Of a DNA stretch of 64,000 nt, positions 54,114 through 63,550 are shown one piece after another (within the stretch, counting starts at the first letter, position 1; every line of letters begins with the position of its first letter). This stretch comes from a virus. The translations under genes were made by a program, and so were the position numbers. The stretch lies in IMG/VR virus record IMGVR_UViG_3300025929_000012, positions 32,001 through 96,000 of that record. One strand, written 5' to 3'. The notes under the pieces were generated by a model. The model did not search any database, was not told where the DNA came from, and saw nothing but the letters and a program-made list of their open reading frames with translations.

Positions 54114-54532
54114 CAGCGCCGTCCCCTCGAAGGGCCGGCGACCGCGGCGTGCAGGTCACGGGCGGCGCGCAGGATGTCATCGGGGCTGGCGTCCTGGTGC
54201 TCGCACGTCATCCACAGCGCCGTCTTCCGCAGGTGGTAGTCAGCGTCGCCGCCGGCTTCGCTGAGCCATGCCCGCCACTCTTCGGCGACGCCGTACACGC
54301 GGGCGCGGCCGTGGAACAGCGCGTTGCCGCGAGCCTCCAGGCGCAGGTAGCGGGCGGCGAGCGCGATCGTTACGGCCTGCGCCGCGAACAGCCGGTCAGC
54401 GACTGGCAGTTCCGGGTCAAGGCCGGTGACGCCCTTCCACCAGGGGTCGGCGTGCACGCAGGCCACGTGCGGCCCGGGGGGCGGCGGGATGGTCAACTGG
54501 TCCTCCGCTGTGTACGGGATAAGAGTGGTCAC
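54110..54532 (-). CDS. Hypothetical protein
   Basis: AGGAGG RBS; coupled. Confidence 0.7.
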   Translation of the reverse strand: MTTLIPYTAEDQLTIPPPPGPHVACVHADPWWKGVTGLDPELPVADRLFAAQAVTIALAARYLRLEARGNALFHGRARVYGVAEEWRAWLSEAGGDADYHLRKTALWMTCEHQDASPDDILRAARDLHAAVAGPSRGRRW

Positions 54533-56514
54533 TGGGCTGCCTCCTGGCCGCTGATGAGCGCCAGCACGGCGCCCAGGTCTTCGGGGGCCTTGAGCACGTC
54601 GCGGGCCTTGGATCCCTCACTCGGCCCGACGATGCCCCGGCTTTCCAGCAGGTCCATCAGCCGCCCGGCCTTCGCGAAGCCGACGCGGAGCTTGCGCTGG
54701 AGCATTGACGTGGAGCCGAACTGGGTGGTGATGATCAGCTCGGCGGCCTGGGCGAGGAGGTCCCGCTCGTCGTCGTCCACGATGCCCGCAGATCCCCCGC
54801 CGGCGTCCCCGTCCGGGCCGCCGCCGGCGGGCGGGGCCACGGTGGCGTAGGCGACCGGGCCGCAAGCCTTCACCTGGGCGACGACCCGGGCGATCTCCTC
54901 CTCGGACACGAACGCGTTCTGCAGCCGCACCGGGCGGGACGCGCCCATCGGCAGCCACAGGCAGTCACCCTGGCCGGTCAGCTTCTCCGCGCCCGGCTGG
55001 TCCAGGATCACCCTGGAGTCAGTCAGCGACGATGTCGCGAACGCCAGCCGCGACGGTACGTTCGCCTTGATCAGCCCCGTGACGACGTCCACCGACGGCC
55101 GCTGGGTGGCGAGCACCAGGTGGATCCCGGCAGCGCGGGCGAGCTGGGTGATCCGCACGATGGATTCCTCGACGTCACGGGGGGCGACCATCATCAGGTC
55201 GGCGAGCTCGTCGACGATAGCCACCAGGTAGGGGTAGGGCTCATACACCCGCTGCGAGCCGGGCGGCGGGACCAGCTTCCCGGCCCGCACCGCCTTGTTG
55301 AAGTCGTCCACGTGCCGGTAGCCCGAGGCCGCGAGGTCGTCGTAGCGGCGGTCCATCTCCCCGACGACCCACTCCAGGGCCTCGGCCGCCTTCTTCGGGC
55401 TGGTGATGACCGGGGTGATCAGGTGCGGCACGCCTTCGTAGACCGAGAACTCGACCCGCTTCGGGTCGATGAGGATCATCCGCACCTCCTCCAGGGTGGT
55501 GCGGGTCAGCAGGCCCGTGATCAGCCCGTTGAGGCAAACAGATTTCCCGCTCCCGGTCGCGCCGGCGATGATCACGTGCGGCATCTTCGCGAGGTTCGCC
55601 AGGACGATGCGGCCTTCCACGTCCTTGCCCAGGCCGACGGTCATCGGGTGATGGTCGGCGACCGCCTGCGGGGAACGCAGGACGTCACCGAGCATCACCG
55701 TCTCCCGGTCCTCGTTCCTGCGGGGCACGTGGACGCCGACGGCCTTCTCGCCGGGCACGGGGGCCTGGACCATGACATCGCCCGGAGTCTTCGCCTCGTA
55801 GGCGAAGTTCTTTGCCAGCGCGGCGATCTTCTCCACCTTCACCGCGCCAGTGAGGGTCAGGTCATAGCGGATGACCTGCGGGCCGCTGACCCTGCCGGTG
55901 ACGGCGGCGGGAATTTCGAACTGGGCAAGGACGGACTGCAGCGCCTTCGCGGCCGGGTCGTCCTCCAGGCTGGGATGGGGGCCGACCTGGGGTTCTGGGA
56001 GGCTGGCGAGAACAGCCGGGCCTGGCGGCGCGTACGCGGTGCCTGCCGCCGCGGGCACCGTAACGTCATCAGGGCCGGCGGGCTCGCTGGCGATGACCTG
56101 CCCGGCGAGTACCCCGGCGGCAGGCCGGGCGGCCTCGGTGACAGCAGCGGGCGGCTGGCCGGGCACGGGGTGGAAGGCCCGCCAGGAGCAGGACGCGGCG
56201 GTGAAGCCGCCGCCCGCGACCCAGGCGGCCTGCATGACCCCGCCGGCGCCGACCGGGGTGATGAGCACCGCGACAGTCAGCCACGCCGCTGCCGCCACCG
56301 CCACCATGATCACGGCCCGGCCGTCCGCGCGGGATGCCCTGGTGGCGATCATGAAGATGGTGACGGCAGCGACGGCGACGGCGGCGGCAGTGAGGCGCCC
56401 GGCGGGATGGCGGGCGGCCAGGTGGGCGATGATCGCGTAGGCGTCCCCGGCGGCGAGCAGCAGCCACGGGGCCGCTGCTCGCCTGCCCGGCATCCCGGCT
56501 GCTGGGATGGTCAC
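54529..56514 (-). CDS. ftsK: FtsK/SpoIIIE DNA translocase
   Basis: N-terminal TMs; [31 protein letters not shown]; gamma domain [21 protein letters not shown]. Confidence 0.95.
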   Translation of the reverse strand: MTIPAAGMPGRRAAAPWLLLAAGDAYAIIAHLAARHPAGRLTAAAVAVAAVTIFMIATRASRADGRAVIMVAVAAAAWLTVAVLITPVGAGGVMQAAWVAGGGFTAASCSWRAFHPVPGQPPAAVTEAARPAAGVLAGQVIASEPAGPDDVTVPAAAGTAYAPPGPAVLASLPEPQVGPHPSLEDDPAAKALQSVLAQFEIPAAVTGRVSGPQVIRYDLTLTGAVKVEKIAALAKNFAYEAKTPGDVMVQAPVPGEKAVGVHVPRRNEDRETVMLGDVLRSPQAVADHHPMTVGLGKDVEGRIVLANLAKMPHVIIAGATGSGKSVCLNGLITGLLTRTTLEEVRMILIDPKRVEFSVYEGVPHLITPVITSPKKAAEALEWVVGEMDRRYDDLAASGYRHVDDFNKAVRAGKLVPPPGSQRVYEPYPYLVAIVDELADLMMVAPRDVEESIVRITQLARAAGIHLVLATQRPSVDVVTGLIKANVPSRLAFATSSLTDSRVILDQPGAEKLTGQGDCLWLPMGASRPVRLQNAFVSEEEIARVVAQVKACGPVAYATVAPPAGGGPDGDAGGGSAGIVDDDERDLLAQAAELIITTQFGSTSMLQRKLRVGFAKAGRLMDLLESRGIVGPSEGSKARDVLKAPEDLGAVLALISGQEAAQ

Positions 56515-57206
56515 GAGGCCTCCTTCGCCGGGCGCGGAGGGGCTGGCAGCCGGCCGGGACCGGGCTGGCCGCCGGCGGCCTGGGTGCCCGGGTGGGCGCG
56601 GCGCGGCGCGGCGGCCTTGCCGGCCTTGCGGTAGCCGCGGACGAACACGAGCGCGAGCACGACCAGGAAGGCCACGGCGATGATGACCACCGGGTGCCCC
56701 CCCGCCGAATGAGCGGCGGCGGCCGGGTGACGGTGACCGCCGGCGGGTGCCGTGAAGGCGGTGCCGCTGATGACGCCGGCGGCGGCGTGCCGGGCGCTGG
56801 CCAGCCCCTGACCGGTGCTGCGGGTGATCTGGTGCCACCCGCCGATCACCAGGGCCAGCGCGGCGGCGAAGGTGACGGACACCGCGATCGTCCCGTGGTG
56901 ATGATGGGCTTTACCCCGGAAGGCGCCCAGGAACGCGAAGACCCCGGTGACCGCCAGCACCGCCAGCAGGACCACCAGCCCGGCCCCGGCCCCGGTGACC
57001 TGCCACAGCACCGCGAGGCTCGGCGCGAACGCGATCATGCCGCAGAACACGGCGACCGCGAAGATGACCGCGGCGGCCCGCTCGCACGCAGCCGTCCTCT
57101 TGCCCTTCGCCTCCGCCCCGCCGCCTTTCACGTGGTTCCGCATCGTGAAGACGAGGACCCCGGCCACGGTGGCGAGCACCGCGACGGCGGCCATTGGCCC
57201 GTTCAT
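56511..57206 (-). CDS. Multi-pass membrane protein
   Basis: About 5 TM; coupled to ftsK. Confidence 0.8.
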   Translation of the reverse strand: MNGPMAAVAVLATVAGVLVFTMRNHVKGGGAEAKGKRTAACERAAAVIFAVAVFCGMIAFAPSLAVLWQVTGAGAGLVVLLAVLAVTGVFAFLGAFRGKAHHHHGTIAVSVTFAAALALVIGGWHQITRSTGQGLASARHAAAGVISGTAFTAPAGGHRHPAAAAHSAGGHPVVIIAVAFLVVLALVFVRGYRKAGKAAAPRRAHPGTQAAGGQPGPGRLPAPPRPAKEAS

Positions 57207-57234
57207 GCTTTCCCCTTTCCTTTTCTCTTTGGCC

Positions 57235-57867
57235 TCATCCGAAGATGAGGATGATGAGGGCTAGCACCCCGGTAATGGCGAGCACCGTGAAAATGCGCGC
57301 GAACCGGTCACCGGCCCAGTCAATCCGGGTGCCCGCGAACACCAGCGCCTCGCCGGCGATGATGAGCGCTTTCCCGGTGAGCTTCGCCGGGGCGGTAACG
57401 GCCAGGTGGCCGGCGACGAATGCCCGCCCGGCCCACGGGGCGCCGATCTCCTCCAGGACCGGGTGGGCGGTGACGTGCCGCCAGTGCTGGCGCATCGTCT
57501 CCGTGCTGGGGCTGGCGAGCTCGGCGAGGAGGCCGCCGGGGCCGCCGCCGACCGCCTCGCTGCCGGCCAGGGTCCCCAGGTGCGCCCGCAGGCGGAGGCC
57601 GGGCGCGGAGCGGGCCTCCCGGGCGGCGGGCCCGCCGGGCCCTGTTACCCACTCGCTGGTACCGAGCCAGTCAAGCGACCGCGGGTCGTTTCCCCCGCCG
57701 GGGTGATCGCCGTTACCCGGCGGGGTAACGCCGGAGGTGACAGCGGGGGTAACGGGCGGGGTAACGCCGGGGGAAACATCCGGGGTAACAGTGCCGGGGG
57801 AAACGGCGTAGTCCGGGTCGGCCCAGTAGTCAACTGTGCCGCCGGTGTCATAGGGCATGGCGGTCAT
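57235..57867 (-). CDS. Membrane protein with VTPx repeats
   Basis: AGGAGG RBS; C-terminal TM. Confidence 0.7.
   Translation of the reverse strand: MTAMPYDTGGTVDYWADPDYAVSPGTVTPDVSPGVTPPVTPAVTSGVTPPGNGDHPGGGNDPRSLDWLGTSEWVTGPGGPAAREARSAPGLRLRAHLGTLAGSEAVGGGPGGLLAELASPSTETMRQHWRHVTAHPVLEEIGAPWAGRAFVAGHLAVTAPAKLTGKALIIAGEALVFAGTRIDWAGDRFARIFTVLAITGVLALIILIFG
57712..57804 (+). repeat. GGGTAAC array, 12-bp period
   Basis: Copies or variants at 57723, 57735, 57747, 57759, 57771, 57783, 57798; inverted copy at 57712. Confidence 0.85.
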
Positions 57868-58367
57868 CGGGGGTCCTCCTGTCCGGGTCGCCGGGCCAGC
57901 GCCCGGAACGTCGCGGTGACCGGGGCGAGCGGCGCCCACCCGGCCGGGTTGAGCTTCCGGGGCTCCCGGAACCACGGGTCGGGCTGCTCGCCGCGCTCGA
58001 CCGCGGCGGCCAGCGCGTCGATCACGTGGACCGTCGCCCAGCACCAGGCGGCGGCGTAGTGCCAGTTACGGCGGCTGGCAGGACGAAACACGCTGGTCAG
58101 GTACTCCACGGCGCGGGCCAGGGCCATGAACGGGTCAGTCTCCGCGTTGACCCTCGCGACGCCGGGAGCCCCCCGCCGGCCCCTTCCCTGCAATACCACT
58201 GCCGGGGAAGGGGTATAATCACGCGCCGGCGACGCATGCCTGCCCGTCGGGCGAGGCCACGGCCCCCCTTCGAGGGCACCCGGGCCCACGGGGGAGGGGC
58301 GTTCGGGGCGGCCCCGCGGGCCCGGCCCGGTAACGTTCTGGTCACGGATCTCTCGCATGCCGGTCAC
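57864..58367 (-). CDS. Hypothetical protein
   Basis: GTGA/ATGA overlaps. Confidence 0.6.
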   Translation of the reverse strand: MTGMREIRDQNVTGPGPRGRPERPSPVGPGALEGGPWPRPTGRHASPARDYTPSPAVVLQGRGRRGAPGVARVNAETDPFMALARAVEYLTSVFRPASRRNWHYAAAWCWATVHVIDALAAAVERGEQPDPWFREPRKLNPAGWAPLAPVTATFRALARRPGQEDPR

Positions 58368-59263
58368 TCCCCGGCCGCTGACTGCCCGGCAGCGCGGGCT
58401 TCCTTGACTCGCTTCACCAGCGGCGCGACGCGCTTCGGGGTGCCGCCGTACTCGTCCATGAAGGCGCGGACGGTGAGGTCCAGGCCGGCCCGCTCGCGCT
58501 CATCGGCGAGCTTCATCGCCAGGGCCCACATCTCGTCGTCGGCCATGGGGGGCTTGCGCATCAGGTCCGTGACGGTCGCCAGCGGGCCCGTCTCGTCCTC
58601 CGGCGGCTCGATGGCGAGGGGGGTGGCAAGGGGGAGCGCGGCCTGTCCGGCGTTACCCTCCGGGAGGCCCTGCGCGTTACCCGCGAGGCCCCCGGACGCG
58701 TTACCCCAGCCGTTACCCTCCCTGTTACCCCCGGCGTTACCCTGGCTGTTACCCCGGCTGTTACCCGGCCTGGAGAACCGGGCCGCGAGCGCCTCACGCT
58801 CCGCCTCAAGCCGCCGCGCCTCCTGCCGGGCCTCCCACCGGGCGAGGTCCGCAGACTGGGATGCCGAGTACATGAGGACCCCGACTGCCGTGAGGGCCGC
58901 CAGGTCCAGGCCGTAGGACGCGACGCCCGCCGGCACGGTGCCCATCCCCGGCGTGAGGACCTTGATGCCGGACGACGCGGACGCGAACATCAGGGCCGCG
59001 GCGATCCCGCCCACCCATATCTTCAGGGTCCAGTGGAAATTCACGTGCGCGGCCACGTGGGACAGGATCGCCACCAGCAGCGGCACCGCGAGGCCGACTG
59101 TCCAGCCGATTAGCGCGGGCATGTGCCCGAGCTTCACGTGCTGGTAAATGTTCAGCTCAACCGAAATGGTCAGCGCGATGACCGTGCCCGCCTCGCACGC
59201 GTACGCCACGTCCTTGCGGAGCGTCTTCGGACGCGGGTCGTGTAGCGCCTTAATGTCACTCAA
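58364..59263 (-). CDS. Spd/DUF2637-like membrane protein
   Basis: 4 TM, coiled coil, GNx repeats, C-terminal HTH-like segment. Confidence 0.65.
   Translation of the reverse strand: MSDIKALHDPRPKTLRKDVAYACEAGTVIALTISVELNIYQHVKLGHMPALIGWTVGLAVPLLVAILSHVAAHVNFHWTLKIWVGGIAAALMFASASSGIKVLTPGMGTVPAGVASYGLDLAALTAVGVLMYSASQSADLARWEARQEARRLEAEREALAARFSRPGNSRGNSQGNAGGNREGNGWGNASGGLAGNAQGLPEGNAGQAALPLATPLAIEPPEDETGPLATVTDLMRKPPMADDEMWALAMKLADERERAGLDLTVRAFMDEYGGTPKRVAPLVKRVKEARAAGQSAAGE
58652..58766 (+). repeat. GTTACCC array, 12/24-bp period
   Basis: 8 exact copies at 58652, 58676, 58700, 58712, 58724, 58736, 58748, 58760. Confidence 0.9.
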
Positions 59264-59415
59264 GGCCGTTTCCTTTTCTTCCGGGGGGCCTAGGGGGAAA
59301 TCGGGGATTAGTCAATCTCAATCGCGGGCATGGTGCGGGGCCTTTCCCGCAGGCGCGGCAGGCGGCCTTCCCTCGCGGCCTGCCGCGCCCTGACGGGGAG
59401 GTGTCCCAAGGGGAC

Positions 59416-59574
59416 TCAGGCCACCGCCTCGCGGCGGCGGTGGCGGACGGCCACGGTGATGAACAAGGCGGACATCACCACGAGGGCGACGAACCCGGCG
59501 GCGGCGCTATGCATCAGGTCGCCGATGAAAGCGGCTCCAACGCCGGTGATGACCGCGCTGACGAGGATGCGCAT
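59416..59574 (-). CDS. Small 2-TM protein
   Basis: GAAGGAG RBS; 52 aa. Confidence 0.65.
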   Translation of the reverse strand: MRILVSAVITGVGAAFIGDLMHSAAAGFVALVVMSALFITVAVRHRRREAVA

Positions 59575-59642
59575 GATAGGTGCTCCTTCCGAGAGCTGAC
59601 TTGTGCTGTTTCCTTGCGTGACTGCCTGGCCGGGCGGCCAGG

Positions 59643-59876
59643 TCAGGACTTGTGGCCCCGGGTCCGCCTCGCCCAGCCAGTGAGGGTGAGGATGACGGCC
59701 AGGATGATCACCACGGCGGCGATAGAGCCGGCGTGGGTCGCGGACCCGGCGGGATCCGGGTGGCTGGTGAACGCGGAGATGAACGCGTGGATCGCGGCCG
59801 GGGACTCGCGGACGGCGGAGAGCACGTCACCCGCGTAGTGGGTGAGGTGGGCTTGCCAGGGAGCCGGGCGGGCCAT
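59643..59876 (-). CDS. Small membrane protein
   Basis: TGATG overlap; C-terminal TM. Confidence 0.65.
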   Translation of the reverse strand: MARPAPWQAHLTHYAGDVLSAVRESPAAIHAFISAFTSHPDPAGSATHAGSIAAVVIILAVILTLTGWARRTRGHKS

Positions 59877-60058
59877 CAGTGACGCCTCAGCCGTATGAAC
59901 GCGACCACGAGCAAGATGAGCAGGGCGAGTAGCAGCCACCAGGCCGAAGGACCGGCATGATGGCGGGCGGCGACCGCGAGGGCGACGCCGGCGAAGGACT
60001 TGATCACCAGGGGGCTTCCTTCCGGGGGGTCAGGCGGCGCGGGGACGGCGGCGTTCAC
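59876..60058 (-). CDS. Small membrane protein
   Basis: Hydrophobic; coupled. Confidence 0.65.
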   Translation of the reverse strand: MNAAVPAPPDPPEGSPLVIKSFAGVALAVAARHHAGPSAWWLLLALLILLVVAFIRLRRH

Positions 60059-60405
60059 GCTGCACGCTCCCGGGTGCGGGGACGGGCCTCGGGGGCGGTT
60101 GCAGTGCGGGCACGGTCTAGCCTGATCCGCTCGCGTTCCGGCGCGGACTTGCCGCCGTACACGCCGTGCGGGTCACCGATCCCGTACTCAAGGCAGGGAG
60201 CCTTCACCGGGCAGGTGGCGCACACCCTCTTCGCGTACGCGACGGAGCCGCCCTTTTCCGGGTAGAAGAGGTCTGGGTCGACGGTCGCGCACAGCGCCGC
60301 CTCGGTCCAGTGGGGAGGACGGGGAAGCACTGGCGGATCATCGGGAGGCGGGAGGGCGGGCGCCTTGGCGGGCCAGTGCCTCGCGGTCCTGGTGCGGGTG
60401 CTCAC
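60055..60405 (-). CDS. whiB: WhiB-family transcription regulator
   Basis: WTEAALC..DPDLFYP...AKRVCATCPVKAPC...GVYGG..ER. Confidence 0.93.
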   Translation of the reverse strand: MSTRTRTARHWPAKAPALPPPDDPPVLPRPPHWTEAALCATVDPDLFYPEKGGSVAYAKRVCATCPVKAPCLEYGIGDPHGVYGGKSAPERERIRLDRARTATAPEARPRTRERAA

Positions 60406-60665
60406 GACGCCTCCTTCTCGCTGCCGGGCCGGGTGTTGACGGTCAGCACGGCGATCGCGAGGGTCACGTATGTGGCGGCGAGCGTCAGCCACAGCGCGTG
60501 GCGCCCGTGGCCCGCGAGGATGAGCGCGAGTTCCACGACGGCAGCCGGGATGCCCCACAGGGCGACCCGGAGGGCCTGCGCCGTGACACGGCGGGACCGC
60601 ACTGGGCCACCGGAGACCGTGATCATGTACACGGGCTCAGGGAACGGGATCACGGGGAGCCTCAT
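60402..60665 (-). CDS. Small 2-TM protein
   Basis: GGAGG RBS; coupled. Confidence 0.65.
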   Translation of the reverse strand: MRLPVIPFPEPVYMITVSGGPVRSRRVTAQALRVALWGIPAAVVELALILAGHGRHALWLTLAATYVTLAIAVLTVNTRPGSEKEAS

Positions 60666-60961
60666 GATTCCGCCTCCGTCCGGTCGCTTGCGCACTCCGG
60701 GCACCGGCCGCGGCCAGTGGCATCCCAGGTGACCGGGTCATAGCAGCGGGTGCACCCGAGCCACCAGCCGCCATCGACAGCCGGGATTGCGAGGCCGAGC
60801 ACCTGCCCGCAGGGATGAGGGCCTTCGCTGTCGATGACCAGGAGGCACCCGTCACTGGCGGGGGTCAGGTACAGGCTGGGCCTGCGGGGGATCCGCAGGG
60901 CGGACAGCACGCCGGCTTCCATCTCCGGGGAAACCCGCGCGGGGGACAGGACGGCGGTCAT
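60662..60961 (-). CDS. Zn-binding hypothetical protein
   Basis: CTRC, CPEC; GAGGAG RBS. Confidence 0.65.
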   Translation of the reverse strand: MTAVLSPARVSPEMEAGVLSALRIPRRPSLYLTPASDGCLLVIDSEGPHPCGQVLGLAIPAVDGGWWLGCTRCYDPVTWDATGRGRCPECASDRTEAES

Positions 60962-61272
60962 GACGACTCCTCCCCTGCCGGGATGACCCGCTCCAGGCAC
61001 ACGTAGGAGTCCCCGGCATGCCAGAAGATCAGGTAGTCGCCGAACCGGTCCCAGTAGCCTTGCCCGGCCATCGGGGTGGCGGGCCTGTCCTCAACCGGGC
61101 CTGTCCCCCTGTCGCGCTCGCCGGCGAGGAACCTCGCCACCTCAGTGACGCCCAGCTGGCCGTACTCGCTGATGTGCCGCAGGTACCAGCGTGCGTAGTC
61201 GTGCTCCAGGTGCGCGACATGCTGGTAGCGGTCACCCGGCACCGGGGACCATCCGCTCTTGTGCCCGGTCAC
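60958..61272 (-). CDS. Hypothetical protein
   Basis: Coupled at both ends. Confidence 0.65.
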   Translation of the reverse strand: MTGHKSGWSPVPGDRYQHVAHLEHDYARWYLRHISEYGQLGVTEVARFLAGERDRGTGPVEDRPATPMAGQGYWDRFGDYLIFWHAGDSYVCLERVIPAGEESS

Positions 61273-61712
61273 GCGGTCACCTGCTCTCGTGCCTGGTCCC
61301 ACGCAGCGGCCAGGACGACCCGGAGCGGCGGTGAGCAAGGCAGCCCGCCCGCGTGCCCGCAGGCGTCAAGGAGGAGGTCCCCGGCAGTGCCCGGGTCGCC
61401 GTCAGCGGCAGTGAGGAGGGCGAGCGACGCCGCGTTCAGCGCATGCCACAGGCCCGCCCGCCACGGCGCATCGGCGTTCGACGGCCTGGAGGCGGCGAGG
61501 ACCAGGCCGAGGGCGTGGACGACCTCAGGCGCGGCGGTGACCCCGGAGGCGGCGTCACGGGCTGCCCCCCATGCGGCCCGCGCCCGGTGAGGCCTGCCCG
61601 AGCCTGCCTCGTCGACCGCGACAGCGCACAGGTCAAGGGCGTCGTACAAGGCGAACAGCGCCTCCGGCGGCGGGCCCTCATGGCCGCACCCCGGGGCGCA
61701 GGGCGCGGTCAT
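61269..61712 (-). CDS. Hypothetical protein
   Basis: ATGA overlap with 61709-61906. Confidence 0.6.
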   Translation of the reverse strand: MTAPCAPGCGHEGPPPEALFALYDALDLCAVAVDEAGSGRPHRARAAWGAARDAASGVTAAPEVVHALGLVLAASRPSNADAPWRAGLWHALNAASLALLTAADGDPGTAGDLLLDACGHAGGLPCSPPLRVVLAAAWDQAREQVTA

Positions 61713-61906
61713 GACACGGCCTGCAGGTGCCGCCGCTTCCCCGCAGGGCGCGGGAAAATGCGGGCCTCGGTGTCGGCGCACCCCTGCTCGTAGGCGGCTG
61801 CGGCGATCTGCCCGTGCAGTTCCCCGGCGCGCAAGGCCCGCAGGAACTCCCGCTGCTGCTCGGTCAGTTCCGGGGCCGGGGCGTCGCCGGGTGATAGTGT
61901 GTCCAT
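61709..61906 (-). CDS. Hypothetical protein
   Basis: GAAAGG RBS; ends RRHLQAVS. Confidence 0.65.
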   Translation of the reverse strand: MDTLSPGDAPAPELTEQQREFLRALRAGELHGQIAAAAYEQGCADTEARIFPRPAGKRRHLQAVS

Positions 61907-62070
61907 CAGTCGTGAACCTTTCAGTGGGGGAATGACTTACGGCGGGTCCCGGCGTGGCAGCGTCACGGGGCCCGCTTTCATTGGCGGGGCTGTTACCGGT
62001 GGTACGGGCACCCCGCGCCGACGTTGGCGCACAGGATGCAGTGGTCGCGGTCGGGTCCGTCTTCGCGCAT

Positions 62071-62702
62071 GACAGCGCTCCTTCACTCGCCCGGGGCGAG
62101 CAGCCAGGGCACGGCAGGCCAGCCCACTTCGGGGACCCGCAGTTCAGGCAGACCCCGGTCTGGTCAAGGGCGTCCGGGACGGCTGCGGTCACGCGGGTGA
62201 CAGGCTGCATCGGATGCCCGCACGTCGGGCACGCGCCCGGCGCCGAGGACATGTTCCCGTGGCAGGCGTAAGCGGGGGCGGCGGCCGGAGGGTAAGGGAT
62301 GAAGGGGGTGCCGTCGGGGAGCGCCCCCGGCAGCGGCGGCAGTGCCGGGAGCCGCACCGCGCCCCGCTTGTCCGGCGGCTGGCTGGCCATCTTGGCGTAC
62401 TGGCGCAGGACGATCTCAGCGACCCTGCACGACGGGCACGGGTACCCGGCCTCGATGACGTGCCGCCAAGCCAGGCAGCACTCGTGAACCGGGCCGTCGC
62501 CGTCAGCGCGCCACGACGGGCGGGCGCAGATGCGGCACGGGGCCGCTTCCAGTACAGCGCTGGTCCGGTTCAGGTTCTGCGGCGGCACCGGGGTGTACGC
62601 CATGCCGGCCGGCCGTGGCGGCGCGCAGGCGGCGCACAGCCGGCCACCGGGGTACAGGCCCGCCGGGGACCCGCCGCACGTGCTGCACGGCGCGGTCATC
62701 AC
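62071..62702 (-). CDS. Cys-rich hypothetical protein (3' end uncertain)
   Basis: Multiple CxxC; frame stays open to 61269. Confidence 0.45.
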
Positions 62703-62875
62703 GCAGCCGCCTTCACAGCCGGGGCGGTCATCGTGACCTCCGGGGCGTCCATCTGATGGGTCGCGCCGTCTGCCGGGCAGATCCCCCGGGCACCGCCACC
62801 TACCGGGGCCAGCTCACGATCCGGGTGGACCGGGCAGGCGACGGCGGCGCGGATGCGGAGAGCGGAGGTGGTCAT
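62699..62875 (-). CDS. Small hypothetical protein
   Basis: 58 aa; coupled at both ends; CPVH...CPAD. Confidence 0.6.
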   Translation of the reverse strand: MTTSALRIRAAVACPVHPDRELAPVGGGARGICPADGATHQMDAPEVTMTAPAVKAAA

Positions 62876-63147
62876 CAGGCCACCGCCTCGGGGGCTGCGT
62901 TACGGGTCGCCCACTCGGCTGCGAACGCTTCAACATCCACGTTGCGGCCAGAGCAGATCTCGCCGATCAGGGCAAGCACGAACGGCCGGTAGAGGTCGAT
63001 CTTGCGGCCGAACCTGCGACCGGGGAACTGGCCGGCGTTGAAGCGCCGGTAGACCGTGAGCGGGCTGACCTTCAGGAGTCCCGCCGTCTCCCTGACGGAG
63101 ATGTACGTGGACTCCTGTTCGCCCGCTTGTTTCCCGAAGCTCTGCAC
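62875..63147 (-). CDS. Excisionase/Cro-like HTH_17 protein
   Basis: YISVRETAGLLKVSPLTVYRR...FPGRRFGR; leaderless, TTGCAT-17bp-TAACTT. Confidence 0.85.
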   Translation of the reverse strand: MQSFGKQAGEQESTYISVRETAGLLKVSPLTVYRRFNAGQFPGRRFGRKIDLYRPFVLALIGEICSGRNVDVEAFAAEWATRNAAPEAVA

Positions 63148-63206
63148 ACTCCGAAGTTAACTCATCGTATCGCATAATGCAAGCATTGCCAGAGATATGC
63201 GATACT
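63148..63206. promoter_or_regulatory. Divergent promoter/operator region
   Basis: AT-rich; inverted repeat GTATCGCATA (63167-76) / TATGCGATAC (63196-205). Confidence 0.7.
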
Positions 63207-63337
63207 GACGGTGCCAGGTTCCGCACCCCGGGTGGGCGCGTACCCCGGCTGACCGCACGTCAGCCGGGGTACGTTGCTCGCAGCCTCGCAATTTGGGAGC
63301 ATGGAAGCGGCAATGCGGAACCAAGGAGGTACCAGCC

Positions 63338-63550
63338 ATGAAGTTCGACCAGATCGAGTTCCTGTGGAAGACCGCCGACTCAGGCGGCGGCAACTGCCCG
63401 TCGCTCAGCCGGGTCGCGGGCGGTTACATCGTCAACGGCGTCCCCGTGGACGAGGAGACGCGCGCCACGATCCCGCACGCCGCAGCAGGCGGCGAGGCTG
63501 CCGTGTTCGTCCCCGCCGACGTCCTGGACCGCCTGAAGGGACTTATGTGA
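63338..63550 (+). CDS. Small protein preceding DUF6879 gene
   Basis: AAGGAGG RBS; SGGGNCPSL...GYIVNG...AVFVP. Confidence 0.8.
   Translation: MKFDQIEFLWKTADSGGGNCPSLSRVAGGYIVNGVPVDEETRATIPHAAAGGEAAVFVPADVLDRLKGLM

Noticed and set aside
57712-58766. CRISPR array
   Set aside because: 7-bp repeats with 5-bp spacers inside coding sequence; no cas genes
61269-62702. Single 477-aa protein
   Set aside because: Spans internal RBS/ATG-coupled genes (61709-61906 and a start at 61712); probably merged ORFs
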